Numbered from the stretch's first letter, positions 25,639 to 40,548 are shown. The stretch: DNA of 64,000 bases from Eledone cirrhosa (GCA_964016885.1 OZ024744.1:25482001-25546000), one strand, 5' to 3'. The notes: a model not told the origin generated them from the letters alone. Made by a program: numbers and translations.

Positions 25639-26010
25639 TATTTACATAGAGGGACATACAGTGATTACTTTGTGTTCTAGGTGTAACTATGGTCAGATGT
25701 AGGTGTGACTGTCCTATTTACATAGAGGGACATACAGTGATTACTTTGTGTTCTAGGTGTATCTATAGTCAGATGTAGGTGTGACTGTCCTATTTACATA
25801 GAGGGACATACATTGATTACTTTGTGTTCTAGGTGTATCTATGGTCAGATGTAGGTGTGACTGTCCTATTTACATAGAGGGGCATACAGTGATTACTTTG
25901 TGTTCTAGGTGTATCTATAGTCAGATGTAGGTGTGACTGTCCTATTTAAACTTAGGGACATACAGTGATAACTTTGTGTTTGTTCTATGTGTATATATGA
26001 GCAGATTTAG
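25639..26010. repeat. 76-bp tandem repeat, ~4.5 copies
   Basis: Unit starts at 25639, 25715, 25791, 25867, 25943. Confidence 0.95.
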
Positions 26011-26870
26011 GAGTTTGATGGTTCTATTTGTTTATTTACATATTAAACCAAGGAACAGTACTTAAATTATGAGTTTGTAACCGAAAATGTTGATCACACC
26101 GCTATCTTTTGGAAGATAGTAAACATGCGATCAGAAGCTACTAAAAAATACAATAATGGACTACTTCTAATGTGGGAATATTGTTAAGAAAATAAGCATC
26201 GCCTGCTATGAAAATGACTGCTTTGGGATGAATATAGAGGAGTTTTTTATAACTAAATTCACTAAATACTAGATATTTTTGTTGATTAACCCTTGGTCGA
26301 TTAAGTAGAAATATGACAATCGAGGCATGGTCATCGCATGTTTTTAGACTACCTTATACAAAGTGTGTTTACTTTATAGGGTGGTATTTCAGAGAGAGTT
26401 TCTTGCTATTCTTAGCAAGTCAAGTGACTTCCTTATCCTCATACTAAGTATTGGTGTTTTGAAAAGGTACTATGACATCTGTTTTCAAGATAAAATCCGC
26501 ATCATATAGCACACAACTACTAGCACACAGTCTACTAAACGTAAACGTTGAACATATTTCTCTCTGCTACTTGGGGGACTTTAAAACACATCCTCTTGAT
26601 GCAAGCTTGTTTTGATCATTACAAGAGCAACGAGATCACACTTCACAAGCACTTTTCAGTGAAAAAAAAAAATGCAAAAGAAAAACGCAGAAAAACAAAA
26701 TGATATGTTCTTCCATTCTGAATGATGTGAACACCCACATATCATATCTGTGAAATGTTACCCCACTTAAACTATACATGCTTGCAGTTCTTGTCAGAAT
26801 GTTGGAAGAACTCACGTATTTCCTACTAGATTTCTTCTATAAAAACAAGTATCGTTGCATTATTTATTTA

Positions 26871-27290
26871 GGTGGATAGGTAGTATCGGTAGAAGGTCGA
26901 ACGCCATGCTTTGCAGCATATAGTTACGCCCCTTTATGGTCGGAATTCAAATCCCGCCGAGGTTAACTTTGCTTTTCATTCTTACGGGGTCGATAAAATA
27001 AAGTATCAGTAATGTACTGGAGAATTGCTGGCCTTTGCCAAAAGTAGAAACAATTATTTATTTAGGTGGATTTGCAGAATCGGTAGTGAATCGGGCACCA
27101 TGTTTAGTGGTATAGAGTTACGAACCTTTACGTTCTGAGTTCAAATCACGCTGAGTTTAGGTTTGCTTTTCATCCTTACGGGGTCGATAAATAAAGCACC
27201 AATAATGCACTGGGGTCGAATTAATAGACTTAATCGCCTCGTTCAAATTGCTGGCCTTGTGCCTAAAGTAGAAATTATTATTTATTTATT
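26871..27290 (+). mobile_element. Two tandem tRNA-type SINEs
   Basis: Same family as 24365. Confidence 0.8.
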
Positions 27291-27649
27291 TATTATGATG
27301 TGGCAAGATTTTGCTGCAATGTTCATCAGTTTTATCTAATATATCCTTAGAACGCTACAACAACATGATCCTTCCATTTGGGTCAGCAGAACAAACATAC
27401 CAAAACCCCCCACAAAAATAGAGGCAGTACCATTTAGTTAATGAACCGTAAACTCTGAGATGAGAGGTACACAGCCATTGAAAATTATAGAGTAACAGTA
27501 GTATTTTGGTGGAATAGGCTACGTAGCTAGTCTCGGCAAAATTGACAAACATGCTTTTTAAGCTTATTTTACCGGTAAACCCTAAATGAACGCAACTCCA
27601 GCCAGGGTTCTCTGAAACTTATTTTACTACTAAATATGGGTTTCTGATT

Positions 27650-27785
27650 TAGGCAAAAGGCCAACAATTTTGGGGGAGGGGAAAGTCGATTAAATCGACC
27701 CCAGTGTATTACTGGTAATTTATTTATCGACACCACAAAGATGAAAGGCAAAGATAATCTACCGATTATGCCAATTCACCGACCT
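27650..27785 (-). mobile_element. SINE, internally deleted
   Basis: ATCGACCCCAGTG..TTTATCGAC..GATGAAAGGCAAAG. Confidence 0.65.
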
Positions 27786-27908
27786 TTTTACCATTAAATA
27801 ATAAATAGTGTTTTAGAACCCAGGTCGTGACTATCTTTAACCCAGGTCGTGACTTTCTGCTAAAATATTAATTTCGAAAATATTTGACATTACTAAAATT
27901 CTTAAGCC

Positions 27909-30900
27909 ATGTAACTCAGTAGTTGTGTGTATGTAACTCTGTAGATATGACTGTATGTAACACAGTAGATGTGTGTGTATGTAACTCAGTAGAAGTGTGT
28001 GTATATAACACAGTAGATGTGTGTGTGTGTAACTCAGTAGATATGTGTTGTATATGTAACTCAGTAGATGTGTGTGTATGTAACACAGTAGATATGTGTT
28101 ATTGTAACTCAGTAGATGTGTGTGTATGTAAATCAGTAGATATGTGGGTATGTAACACAGTAGATGTGTGTGTAAGTAACACAGTAGATGTGTGTATGTA
28201 ACTCAGTAGATGTGTGTATAGGTAACTCAGTAGATGTGTGTGTATGTAACTCAGTAGATGTGTCTGTAACTCAGTAGTTGTGAGAATGTAACACAGTAGA
28301 TATGTGTGCATGTAACACATTAGATGTGTCTGTATGTAACTCAGTAGATGTCTGTGTATGTAACTCAGTAGGGGTGTGGGTATGTACTCAGTAGAGGTGT
28401 GTGTATGTAACTCAGTAGTTGTGTGTATGTAACGCAGTAGATATGTGTATGTAACTCAGTAGATGTGTGTTTATGTAACTCAGTAGATGAGTGTGTATGT
28501 AACACAGTAGATGTGTGTGTATGTAACACAGTAGATAGTTGTGTATGTAACCCAGCAGATGAGTGTGTATGTAAGACAGTAGGTATGTGTGTATGTAACT
28601 CAGTAGAAGTGTGTGTATATAACTCAGTAGATGTGTGTGTATGAAAGACAGTAGATGTGTGTGTATATAACTCAGTAGATGTGTGTAGGTAACTCAGTAG
28701 AGGTGTGTGTATTAACTCAGTAGCTGTGTGTATGCAACACAGTAGATGTGTGTGTATGTAACGCAATAGATGTATGTTTATGTAACTCAGTAGATGTGTC
28801 TATGTAACTCAGTAGTTGTGTGTATGTAACTCAGTAGGTGTTTATGTCCCTCATTAGATGTGTGTATGTAACACAGTAGATATGTGTGTATGTAACCCAG
28901 TAGATGTGTGTGTATGTAACTCAGTAGATGTGTCTATGTAACTCAGTAGTTGTGTGTATGTATCTCAGTAGATGTGTGTGTATGTAACTCAGTTGATGAG
29001 TGTATATGTAACCCAGTAGATGAGTGTGTATGTAAGACAGTAGATATGTGTGTATGTAACTCAGTAGATGTGTGTGTATGTAACTCAGTAGATGTGTGTA
29101 TTTAACTCTGTGTATTAATCTCAGTACATGTGGTGTGTAGGTAACTGAGTAGATGTGTGTATGTAAAACAGTAGAAGTATATGTAACTCAGTAGATGTGT
29201 GTATATAACTCAGTGGTTATGTGAATGTAACTTAGTAGATATATGTGTATGTAACTCAGTAGATGTATGTGTATGTAACTCAGTAGATGTATGTATGTAA
29301 CTCAGTAGATGTGTATTTAACACAGTAGATATGTGTGTATGTACCTCAGTAGATGTATGCGTATGTAATTCAGTAGATATGTATGTATGTAACTCAGTAG
29401 GTGAGGGTATGTAACACGGTAGAGGTGTGTGTATGTAACTCAGTAGATGTGTGTGTGTAATTCAGTAGACGTGTGTGTATGTAACTCACTAGATATGTGT
29501 CTATGTAACTCAGTAGAAGGGTGTATATGTAACTCATAGTGTGTGTATGTAACACAGTAGATATGTGTGTATGCAACTCAGTAGATGTGTGTGTAACTCA
29601 GTAGATGTGTGTATATAACTCAGTAGATGTGTATATAACTGAGTATATATGAGTGTATGTAACACAGTAGATGTGTGTATGTAACACAGTAGATGAGGGT
29701 GTATGTAACACAGTATATAGATGTGTATGTAAACCAGCAGATGAGTGTGTATGTAAAACAGTAGGTATGTGTGTATGTATCTCGGTAGATGTGTGTGTAT
29801 GTAACAGTAGATGTTTGTGTATGTAACTCAGTAGATATGTCTATGTAACTCAGAAGTTGTGTGTATGTAACTCAGTAGATGTGTGTATGCAACACAGTAG
29901 ATGTGTGTATGTAACACAGTAGAAGTGTGTGTAACTCAGTAGACATGTGTGTATGTAACTCAGTAGATGAGTGTGTATGTAAGACGGTAGCTGTGTGCGT
30001 ATTTAACACAGTAGATGTGTTTATGTAACTCAGTAGATGTGTGTATTTAACTCAGTAGATATGTGTGTATGTAACACAGTAGATGAGTGTGTATGTAACA
30101 CCGCAGATGTGTGTGTATGTAACACAGTAGATAGGTGTGTATGTAAACAGCAGATGAGTGTGTATGTAAGACAGTAGGTATGTGTGTATGTAAGACAGAT
30201 GTGCGTGTGTGTAACTCAGTAGATATATGTGTATGTAACTCAGTAAATGTGTGATTGTAACTGAGTAGATATGTGTCTGTATAACACAGTAGGTGTGTGC
30301 ATGTAGCACAGTAGATAGGTGTGTATATAGCACAGTAGATAGGTGTGTATGTAACACAGTAGATGTGTGTATATGTAACTCAGTAGATATGTGTATATGT
30401 AACTCAGTAGATATGTCTATGTAACTCAGTAGTTGTGTTTATGTAACACAGTAGATGTGTGTGTATCTAATTCAGTAGATGAGTGTTTATATATCTCAGT
30501 AGATGTGTCTATGTAACACAGTAGTTGTGTGTATGTAAGACAGTAGATGTGTGTGTATATAACTCAGTAGATACGTGTGTATGTAACACAGTAGATGTGT
30601 GTGTATTTTACTCAGTAGATATGTGTATGTAACTCAATAGATGTGTGTATGTAACTCATTAGATATGTGTGTATGTAACACAGTAGATGTGTGTATGTAA
30701 CTCAGTAGATGTATGTTTATATAACTCAATAGATGAGTGTTTATGTAACACAGTAGATGTGTGTGTATGTATTACAGTAGATAGTTTTGTATGTAACCCA
30801 GCAGATGAGTGTGTATGTAAAACAGTAGGTGTGTGTGTATGTAAGACAGTAAACGTGTGTGTAACTCAGTTGATATGTGTGTATGTAACTCAGTAGATGT

Positions 30901-33900
30901 GTGTATATGTAAATCACTAGATATGTGTGTATGTAACACAGTAGATGTGTGTGTATGTAACTCAGTAGATGCGTGTGTGTAACTCAGTAGTTATGTGTAT
31001 GTAACTCAGTAGTTGTGAGAATGTAACACAGTAGATATGTGTGTATGTAACACATTAGATGTGTATGTATGTAACTCAGTAGATGTGTGTGTATGTAACT
31101 CAGTAGAGGTGTGTGTATGTAACTCAGCAGTTGTGTGTATGTAACACAGTAGATATGTCTGTATGTAACTCAGTAGATGTGTGTTTATGTAACTCAGTAG
31201 ATATGTCTATGTAACACAGTAGATATGTGTGTATGTAACTCAGTAGATGTGTTCGTATGTAACACTGTAGATGAGTGTGTATTTAACACAGTAGATATGT
31301 GTGTATGTAACACAGTAGATAGGTGTGTATGTTAACCAGCAGATGAGTGTGTATGTAAGACAGTTGGTATGTGTGTAGGTAACTCAGTAGATGTGTGTGT
31401 ATATAACTCAGTAGATATGTGTGTATGTAAGACAGTAGCCGTGTGTGTAACTCTGAAGTTATGTGTATGCAACTCAGTAGATGTGTGTGTATGTAACTCA
31501 GTATATGTGTGATTGTAACTGTGTAGATATGTGTGTGTGTAACAAAGTAGGTGTGTGTATGTAACACAGTGGATATGTGTGTATGTAACACAATAGAGGT
31601 GTGTGTATGTAACACAGTAAATTTGGGTGTATGTAACTCAGTAGATGTGTGTGTATGTATCTCAGTAGATATGTCTATGTAACTCAGTAGTTGTGTGTAT
31701 GTAACTCAGTAGATGTGTGTATGTAACACAGTAGATGTGTGTATGTAACATAGTAGAAGTATGTGTAACTCAGTAGATATGTGTGTATGTAACTCAGTAG
31801 ATGTGTGTATGTAACTCTGGAGATATGGGTGTATGTAACTCTGGAGATATGGGTGTATTTAACACAGTAGGTGTGTGTATGTAACTCAGTACATGTGTGT
31901 GTATGTAACTCAGTATATGTGTGTATGTAACCCAGAAGATGTGCCTGTATGTAACACAGTAGATGTTTGTATGTAACACCATAGTTGTGTGTGTATGTAA
32001 CTCAGTAGTTGTATGTATGTAACTCAGTATATGTGTGTGTGTAACACGGTAGATATGTGTGTATGTAACTCAGTAGTTGTGTGTGTGTATGTAACACAGT
32101 AGATATGTGTGTATGTAATTGAGTAGATATGTGTGTATGCCACTCAGTAGATGTGTGTGTATGTAACTCACTAGATTCGTGTCTATGTAAAACAGTAGAT
32201 GTGTCTATGTAACTCAGTAGATGCGTGTGTATTTAACTCACTAGTTGTGTGTATGTAAATAAGTAGATGTGTGTATGTGTATCTCATTAGATATGTGTAT
32301 GTAACACAGTAGATGTGTGTGTACGCTACTCAGAAGTTGTGTGTGTATGTAACTCAATAGTTGTATTATCTAACTTAGTATGTGTGTGTGTGTAACACAG
32401 TAGATATGTGTGTATGTAACACAGTAGATGTGTGTGTATGTAACTCAGTAGATGTGTGTGTATGTAACTCAATAGATGTGTGTGTATGTAATTCAGTCGA
32501 TATGTGTGTATGTAACTCAGAATATATGTGTGTATGTAACACAGTAGATGTGTGTGTATGTAACTCAGTAGATGTGTGTGTATGTAACTCAGTAGATGTG
32601 TGTGTATGTTACTCATTAGATGTATATATGTAACTCAGTAGATGTGTGAATGTAACCGAGTAGATATGAGTGTATGTAACTCAGTAGATGTATGTATGTA
32701 ACTCAGTAGATGCGTGTATGTAACTCGATAGATGTGTGTATATAACTCAGGAGATGTGTGTGTATGTAACTCAATAGATGTGTCTATGTAACGCAGTAGA
32801 TGTGTGAATGTATCTCAGTAGATGTGTGTATGTAACTCAGTAGATGTGTGTATGTAACTCAGTAGATGTGTGTATGTAACTCAGTAGATATCTGTGTATG
32901 TAACTCAGTAGATGTGGGTGTGTAACAGAATAGATATATGTGTATGTAACACAGTAGATTGTGTGTATCTAACTCAGTAGATATGAGTGTATGTAATTCA
33001 GGTGATGTTTGTGTATGTAACTCAATAGATATGTGTGTATGTTAATCCGTAGATGTGTGTGTATGTAACTCAGTAGATGTGTGTGTATGTAACTCAGTAG
33101 ATGTGTGTGTATATAAGTCTCTAGATGTATGTATGTAACTCAGTAGATGTGTGTATGTAACTCAGTAGATGTGTGCATATAACTCAGTAGATGTCTGTGT
33201 ATGTAACACAGTAGATGTCTGTATATAACTGAGTAGATATGTGTGTATGCAACTCAATAGATGTGTATGTATATAACTCACTAGATGCGTGTGTATGTAA
33301 CACAATAGATGTGTCTATGTAACACAGTAGATGCGTGTGTATTTAACTCAGTAGTGGTGTGTATGTGAATCAGTAAATGTGTGTATGTAACTCAGTAGAT
33401 AGAGTGTATGTAACTCAGTAGATGTGTGTGTATATAACACAGTAGATGTGTGTATGTAACTCAGTAGATGTATGTATGTAACTCAGTAGTGGAGTGTGTG
33501 TAACTCAGTAGATGTGTGTATGTAACTCAGCAGATGTGTGTGGATGTAACTCAGTAGCTGTGTGTATGTAACTAAGTAGATGTGGGTGTATGTAACTCAG
33601 AAGATGTGCATGTATGTAACACAGTAGATGTGTGTGTACGGTACTCAGTAGTTGTGTGTGTATGTAACTCAGTAGTTGTACGTATGTAACTTAGTATATA
33701 TGTGTGTGTAACACAGTAGATATATGTGTATGTAACACAGTAGATGCGTGTGTATGTAACTTAGTAGATATGTGAGTATGTAACTCTGTAGATGTGTGTG
33801 TCTGTAACTCAGTAGATGTGTGTGTATGTAACTCAGTAGATGTGTGTATGTAACTCTGGAGATATGTGTGTATTTAACTCAGTAGATGTATGTATGTAAC

Positions 33901-36900
33901 TCAGTAGATGTGTGTATGTAACTCAGTAGATATGAGTGTATGTAACTCAGTCGATGTAAGCATGTAACTCAGTAGATGTGTGAATGGAACTCAGTAGATA
34001 TGTGTATGTAACTCAGTAGATGTGTGTGTATGTAACACATTATATGTGTGTGTGTATGTAACTCAGTAGATATATGTATGCAACTCAGTAGATGTGCGTG
34101 TATGTAACACAGTGAATGTGTATGTAACTCTGTAGATGTGTGTTTGTATAACACAATAAATATGTGTGTATGTAACTCAGTAGATGTGGATGTATGTAAC
34201 TCACTAGATGCGTGTGGATGTAACGCACTAGATGTGTGTATGAAACACAGTAGATGCGTGTGTATTTAACACAGTAGTAGTGTGTATGTAAATCGGTAGA
34301 TCTGTGTATGTAACTCAGTAGAAGTGTATGTAATTTGGAGATATTTTTGTATATAACTCAGGAGATGTGTGTGTATGTAACTCAGTAGATGTGTGTGTAT
34401 GTAACACTATAGTTGTGTATCTGTATGTAACTCAGTGCATATGTATATATGTAACTCAGTAGGTGTGTGTATGTAACACACTAGATGTGTGTGTATGTAA
34501 CTCAGTAGATGTGTGTGATGTGTGTGTGTAACTCAGTACATTTCTGTATGTAATTCAGTAGATCTGTGTGTATGTATCTCAGTAGATGCGTGTGTATGTA
34601 ACTCAGTAGATGTGTGTGTATGTAACTCAGTAGATGTGTGTATGTAACTCAGGAGATATGTGTGTTTATATCTCAGTAGTCGTGTGTGTACGTAACTCCG
34701 TAGATGTATGTATGTAAATCAGTAGATGTGTGTGTATGTATCTCAGTAGATGTGTTCGTATGTAACACTGCCAATGTATGTATGTAACTCAGTAGACGTG
34801 TGTGTATGTAGCTCAGTAGATATGTGTGTATGTAACTCAGTAGATGTGTGTATATGTAACTCAGTAGATGTGTGTGTATGTAACTCAGTAGATGTGTCTG
34901 TAACTCAGTAGTTGTGAGAATGTAACACAGTAGATATGTGTGCCTGTAACACATTAGATGTGTGTGTATGTAACTCAGTAGATGTGGTTGTATATAACTC
35001 AGTAGATGTGTGTATGTAACTCAGGAGATATGTGGGTATGTAACACAGTAGATGTGTGTATGTAACCCAGTAGATGTCTGTGTATGTAACTCAGTAGATG
35101 TATGTGTATGTAACTCAGTAGATATGTGTGTATGTGACTCACTACATGTATATATGTAACTCAGTAGATGTGTGTATGTAACTCAGTATATGTGTGTGTA
35201 TGTTACCTAGTAGAGGTGTGTGTATGTAACTCAGTAGATGTGTGTATGTAACTCAATTGATATGTGTATGTAACTCAATAGATGTGTGTATGTAACTCAG
35301 TAGTTGTGTGTATGTAACTCAGTAGATGTGTGTATGTAACTCAGTAGATGTATGTATGTAACTCAGTAGATGTGTGTGTATGTAACTCAGTAGATGTGTG
35401 TGTATGTAACTCAGTAGATGTGCATGTCTGTAACTCAGTAGATGTGTGTGTGTGTAACTCAGTGGATATGTGTATATGTAACACCGTAGATATCTGTATG
35501 TAACTCAGTAGACGTGAGTGTATGTAATTCAGTAGATGTGTGTAAGTATCTGTGTAGATATGTGTGTATATAACACAGTAGATATATGTGTATATAACTC
35601 AGTAGATCTATGTGTATGTACCTCAGTAGATGTGTGTGTATGTACCTCAGTAGATGTGTATGTTTATGTAACTCAGTAGATGTGTGTGTATGTAACTCAG
35701 TAGATGTGTGTGTATATAATTCAGTAGATGTGTATGTATGTAACTCAGTAGATGTGTGTGTATGTCACTCAGTAGATGTGTGTGTGTAAGTGTGTGTATT
35801 TAACGCATTAGATGTGTGTGTATGTAACTCAGTAGTTGTGTGTGTATGTAACTCAGTAGATGTGTGTGTATGTAACTCAGTAGATGTGTGTGTATGTAAC
35901 TCAGTAGATGTGTGTGTATGTAACTCAGTAGATGTGTGTGTATGGAACTCAGTAGATGTGTATGTATGTAACTCAGTAGATTTGTGTGTATGTGACTCAG
36001 TAGATGTGTGTGTGTGTGTCTATTTAACGCATTAGATGTGTGTGTATGTAACTCAGTAGTAATGTGTGTATATAACTCAGTAGATGTGTGTGTATGTAAC
36101 TCAGTAGATGTGTGTGTATGTAACTCAGTAGATGTCTGTATGTAACTCAATATATCTGTGTCTATGTAACTCTGTAAATGTGTGTATGTAACACAGTAGA
36201 TGTGTTTGCATGTAGCAGAGTAGATGTGTATGTTTGTAACTCAGTAGATGTGTGTGTATGTAACTCAGTAGCTGTGTCTGTATGTAACTCGATAGATGTG
36301 TGTGTGTATGTAACTCAGTAGATGTGTGTTTATGTAACTTTGTAGATGTGTGTATGTAACTCATTAGATGTGTGTGTATGTAACTCACTATATATGTGTG
36401 TATGTAACTCAGTAGATGTGTATGTATGTAACTCAGTAGATGTTGTGTGTATGTAACTCAGTAGATGTGTGTGTATGTAACTCAGTAGATGTGTGAATGT
36501 AACCCAGTAGATGTGTGTATGTAACTCAGCAGATGTGTGTGTATGTAACACAATAGATATGTATGTATGTAACACAGTAGATATATGTCTATGTGACTCA
36601 GTAGATGTATGTATGTAACTCAGTAGATGTGTGTGTATGTACCTCAGTAGATGTGTTTGTATGTAACTCCATAGATATGTGTGTATGTAACACAGTAGAT
36701 GCATGTGTGTATGTAACACAGTAGATGTGTGCGTACGTAACTCAGTAGATGTGTGTATGTAACTCAGTAGATGTGTGTATGTAACTCAGTAGATGTCTGT
36801 GTATGTCACTCAGTAGATATGTGTGTATGTAACACAATATATGTGTACGTATGTAACTCAGTAATGTGTGTGCATGTAACTCAGTAGATATGTGTTTATG

Positions 36901-37075
36901 TAACACAGTAGATGTGTGTACGTAACTCAGTAGATGTCTCTGTATGTAAATCAGTAGATGTGTGTGGATGTAACTCAGAAGATGTGTGTGTAAGTAACTC
37001 TGTAGATATGTGTATGTAACTCGGTAGATGTGTGTGTATATAACACAGTTCATATGTGTGTATGTAACTAAAGTG
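27909..37075. repeat. 9.2-kb minisatellite, 22-24-bp unit ATGTAACTCAGTAGAT(GT)n, ~400 copies
   Basis: Direct reading. Confidence 0.97.
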
Positions 37076-37674
37076 TAACGTGTAAAATGGATGAAACACA
37101 CGCAGATTTATTATAACATGATGACTAAATGATTTAACTTATTTTTTAACAATTGATGGTGGAAAAGATTTCTAATATTCTTAACAATTGTCTTAATTCT
37201 GGCCTCAACTCATGGTGTCTGACACTCTTACCGGCTACATAGCCTGGTAGTTCATTTTACCGGGACCGGCTACGTTGCCTCTTCCTATATTTTACTGCTT
37301 CAACTGACTCCTTCTTATCTAGCTCTGCCCTTATCATCACCAGAATCTACTGAAGACAGGAAATAGTAATAAGCTCATATTACTACACAGTTCTGTAGCA
37401 CATACGATAAACCACTGCATGGTAGGGTACACACTATTGATATCTACTAAGTGAATTGACAGAAACTGGAGGACGCTGGGAGGATACCTAGCGGTATTTA
37501 TTCCAGTTCCTTGCCGGTCAAATTTGCTTTTAATCATTTTAGAGTTTAAAAAACAAATACCAATCTAAGACTTCGACTCTCTCCTCTCTTAGTTCCTGCG
37601 CAAGTCAACTTTCCGTTTCTTCCTTTTCAGGTCGATGAAACATAAGTAGTAGCCTAGTACTGACGTTAATTCTT

Positions 37675-37696
37675 CCCCTCTCTCTCTCTCTCTCTC

Positions 37697-37727
<31 letters not shown>

Positions 37728-38205
37728 ATCTATCTATCTCTCCCCCGCTCTCTCTCTGTCTCTCTCCCTTTCTCTCTCCCTTTCTCTCTCCCTTTTTCTC
37801 TCCCCCCCTCGTTCCCTCTCTCACCTTCACTCTTACCTGCACACTCCCTCTCTCTCTCAATCTATCTTCCTCTCTCTCTCCCTATCTACCCCCTTTCTCC
37901 CCCCCTCTCTCTCTCTCACCTTCACTCTTACCTGCACTCTCCCTCACTCTCTCTCAATCTATCTCCCTCTCTATATCTATCTACCCCCTCTCTCTCTCCC
38001 TTTCTCTCTCTCTCTCACCTTCACTCTTACCTGCACTCTCTCTATCTCTCTCTCCATTTCTCTCTCTCTCTCACCCTCACTCTTACCTGCACTCTCCCCC
38101 TCTCTCTCTAGCTATCTACTCCCCTCTCTCTCTCCCTACACCCTCCCTCTCTTTTTTTCTCTATTTCTCTCTATTTCTCTCTATTTCTCTCTCTTTCTCT
38201 CTCAC
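37675..38205. repeat. (TC)n pyrimidine tract with embedded CACCTTCACTCTTACCTGCAC repeats
   Basis: Motif recurs four times between 37820 and 38095. Confidence 0.85.
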
Positions 38206-38329
38206 ACTGACACACATTCTCTTGAAGAAATCGCATACGTTGAGATCTGGAAAAGAAATGGTTTCCGCTAGATTTTAAAAAACTGGTCAAACAACGCCGT
38301 AGGTCACTAGGGTGCTCCCACGATTCAAT

Positions 38330-38684
38330 CAAGAGTCACCCTTTTAACTGTGTGTTTAAGACATTCCATGCTAGCAAATTCCTTGCCACATTCCCCACAC
38401 CTCTTCAGATCATAATCTACAGGAGGTCTACTGATATGACTTTGTTTGTGTCTAGTCAAACCAGTTTTACTCAGGTATACTCGACCACAGTGCTGGCAAA
38501 CCAGATGGTTCAGAACAGTCTCTTTTCCTCATCTTCCTTTTCAGTATTTGGTGTTCTGTCCGACGAGTTTCAAACTGTTCACTTCCTGACTTGATCAGAC
38601 GTCTCCACTTCACTCGTTCCTCAGCCATCCGGACCACGTGACCGCACCACCTCAACCGATACTGAAAGATCATGCTCTCTATCC
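38330..38684 (-). mobile_element. RTE (BovB-like) 3' fragment
   Basis: IESMIFQYRLRWCGHVVRM...WRRLIKSGSEQFE; LRWxGHVxRM is the RTE thumb motif. Confidence 0.75.
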
Positions 38685-38819
38685 TTATACACCTGCATAC
38701 ATAGATACATACATACATACATACATACATACATACATACATACATACATACATACATACATACATACATACATACATACATACATACATACATACATAC
38801 ATACATACATACAAACATA

Positions 38820-39277
38820 CATATGCAGAACTGATGAGAATTCTGCAGATACTCCACCCTGATTACACCTTCAGATTTATGCCTGTGATTATTGGGGCAG
38901 TGGGGTATGTTAGTAACTGCCTCAATACAAATCTTGAGAAGCTGGGTTTGTCATGAACAGAAAGAACACAACTAGTTAGGAAATTACAAGTACAATCCAT
39001 TAATGAAACAGTAAAAATATGTAAAACATTCCAAAAATGTTGCATCTAATAACTGCATATACACATGTACAGATACAAAGCATATACACATGCACACATA
39101 CAACTCAAAACATACACATCCACACATACAATAACATCCATATCTACACATGCATGCAGACATACATATCTACCTTGTTGATGTTGTGTAAATTCCAATA
39201 AGAGAGTCTTGTGTCTATGTTAGAAACCGACTCTCTCTCTATTGGTAAAACTTTGTGAAATTATAAAACCAGAAGAA
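38820..39277 (+). mobile_element. R4/Dong-like RLE retrotransposon 3' end in (CATA)n
   Basis: 38822-39049 reads YAELMRILQILHPDYTFRFMPVIIGAVGYV...GLS*...LQVQSINETVKICKTF; homologous to 41212-41635. Confidence 0.7.
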
Positions 39278-39312
39278 CATACATACCTACGTACATTTAT
39301 ACATGTATACAT

Positions 39313-40548
39313 ATGGTGGCTCCCAACTCGTTTTCGAGTACGGCCACTACTTTATATCCATGTAGGAGAACCCCTACCGATGAGCTGAACGAGTGTGACA
39401 TTTTAGTCCAGCCAGCGACTTGAAAACTCTGGTACAAACACTACACCTGTGACAATTATTGACACATAGTGCTGGGCCCATGGTACCATGTGACGACAAG
39501 TGCAGAGAGATCTCCAGAAATAAAGCAATGCCACATATATACATACACATATATACATATTTACATATATGATGGTTGCCCCCTCGTTATCGAGTATGGC
39601 CATTGCACGATATACTATTATTTATTACTATCAATTAATTCTATAGTGCAATGCCTGTGCGTGAAGATACTTTTTAAAGTGAGGAAAGACTGTGCACTGA
39701 GCCAATCCCACTCTCTGAGCGACAGTAGCTATAACCTGAAAAGAAGAAAAGATCAACATCATTGGTTACTACTGAGCCGCATGTTTTATATGGGAGTTAT
39801 CCCAGTTTCCTGAGTTGCCTTCTCCTAGAAGAATGCCCTGACGTACATATATACATGTATACATACATACATGTATACGTACAAACATACATACATACAT
39901 ACATACATACATACATACATACATACATACATACATACATGGTGGCTGCCAACTCGTTTTCGAGTACGGCCACTACTTTATATCCATGTAGGAGAACCCC
40001 TACCGATGCGCTGAACGAGTGTGACTTTTTAGTCCAGCCAGCGACTTGAAAACTCTGGTACAAACACTACACTTGTGACAATTACTGACACATAGTGCTG
40101 GGCCCATGGTACCATGTGACGACAAGTGCAGAGAGATCTCCAGATATAAAGCAATGCCTGTGCCGTGAAGCTTTTATAGTGAGCAAAGGCACTGCACAAA
40201 GCCAGTCCCACTCTCTTAACCAAGATGATATTTACCAAAAAGAAGAACAAGTCAACATCATTGGATACCATCAGGGTTGCAGGTGTTATATCAGAGTTTT
40301 CCTTCTCCTAGAATTCTGCCTTGACAAAGGCTAAGGGGTCATCTCTCCCGGTGATTTTGGATGGCCATTGACTCTTAAGAGCTCCTTTGCCCTTTGACAG
40401 GTTTTGTTTTTAGTCCTGCAGGATGTCCAAAGTCACCCTCCTCACCAAGAAACCTTGGTGGGGTTGCCAGTTTAGTCGCCAACGACCCGACCATGGGACA
40501 GGTTGTACTGGGATACATGTTACCAGTAGCACCAACTGGTGACCTGAC
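39313..40548. mobile_element. Three related short non-coding elements (39313-39532, 39571-39842, 39939-40548) separated by CATA/TACA tracts
   Basis: 39313-39532 nearly identical to 39939-40158; middle copy shares GCAATGCCTGTGC and CCTTCTCCTAGAA blocks. Confidence 0.6.

Noticed and set aside
24858-37075. Regular short repeats as a CRISPR array or His/Cys-rich protein gene
   Set aside because: No unique spacers, no cas genes, eukaryotic context; stops in all frames.
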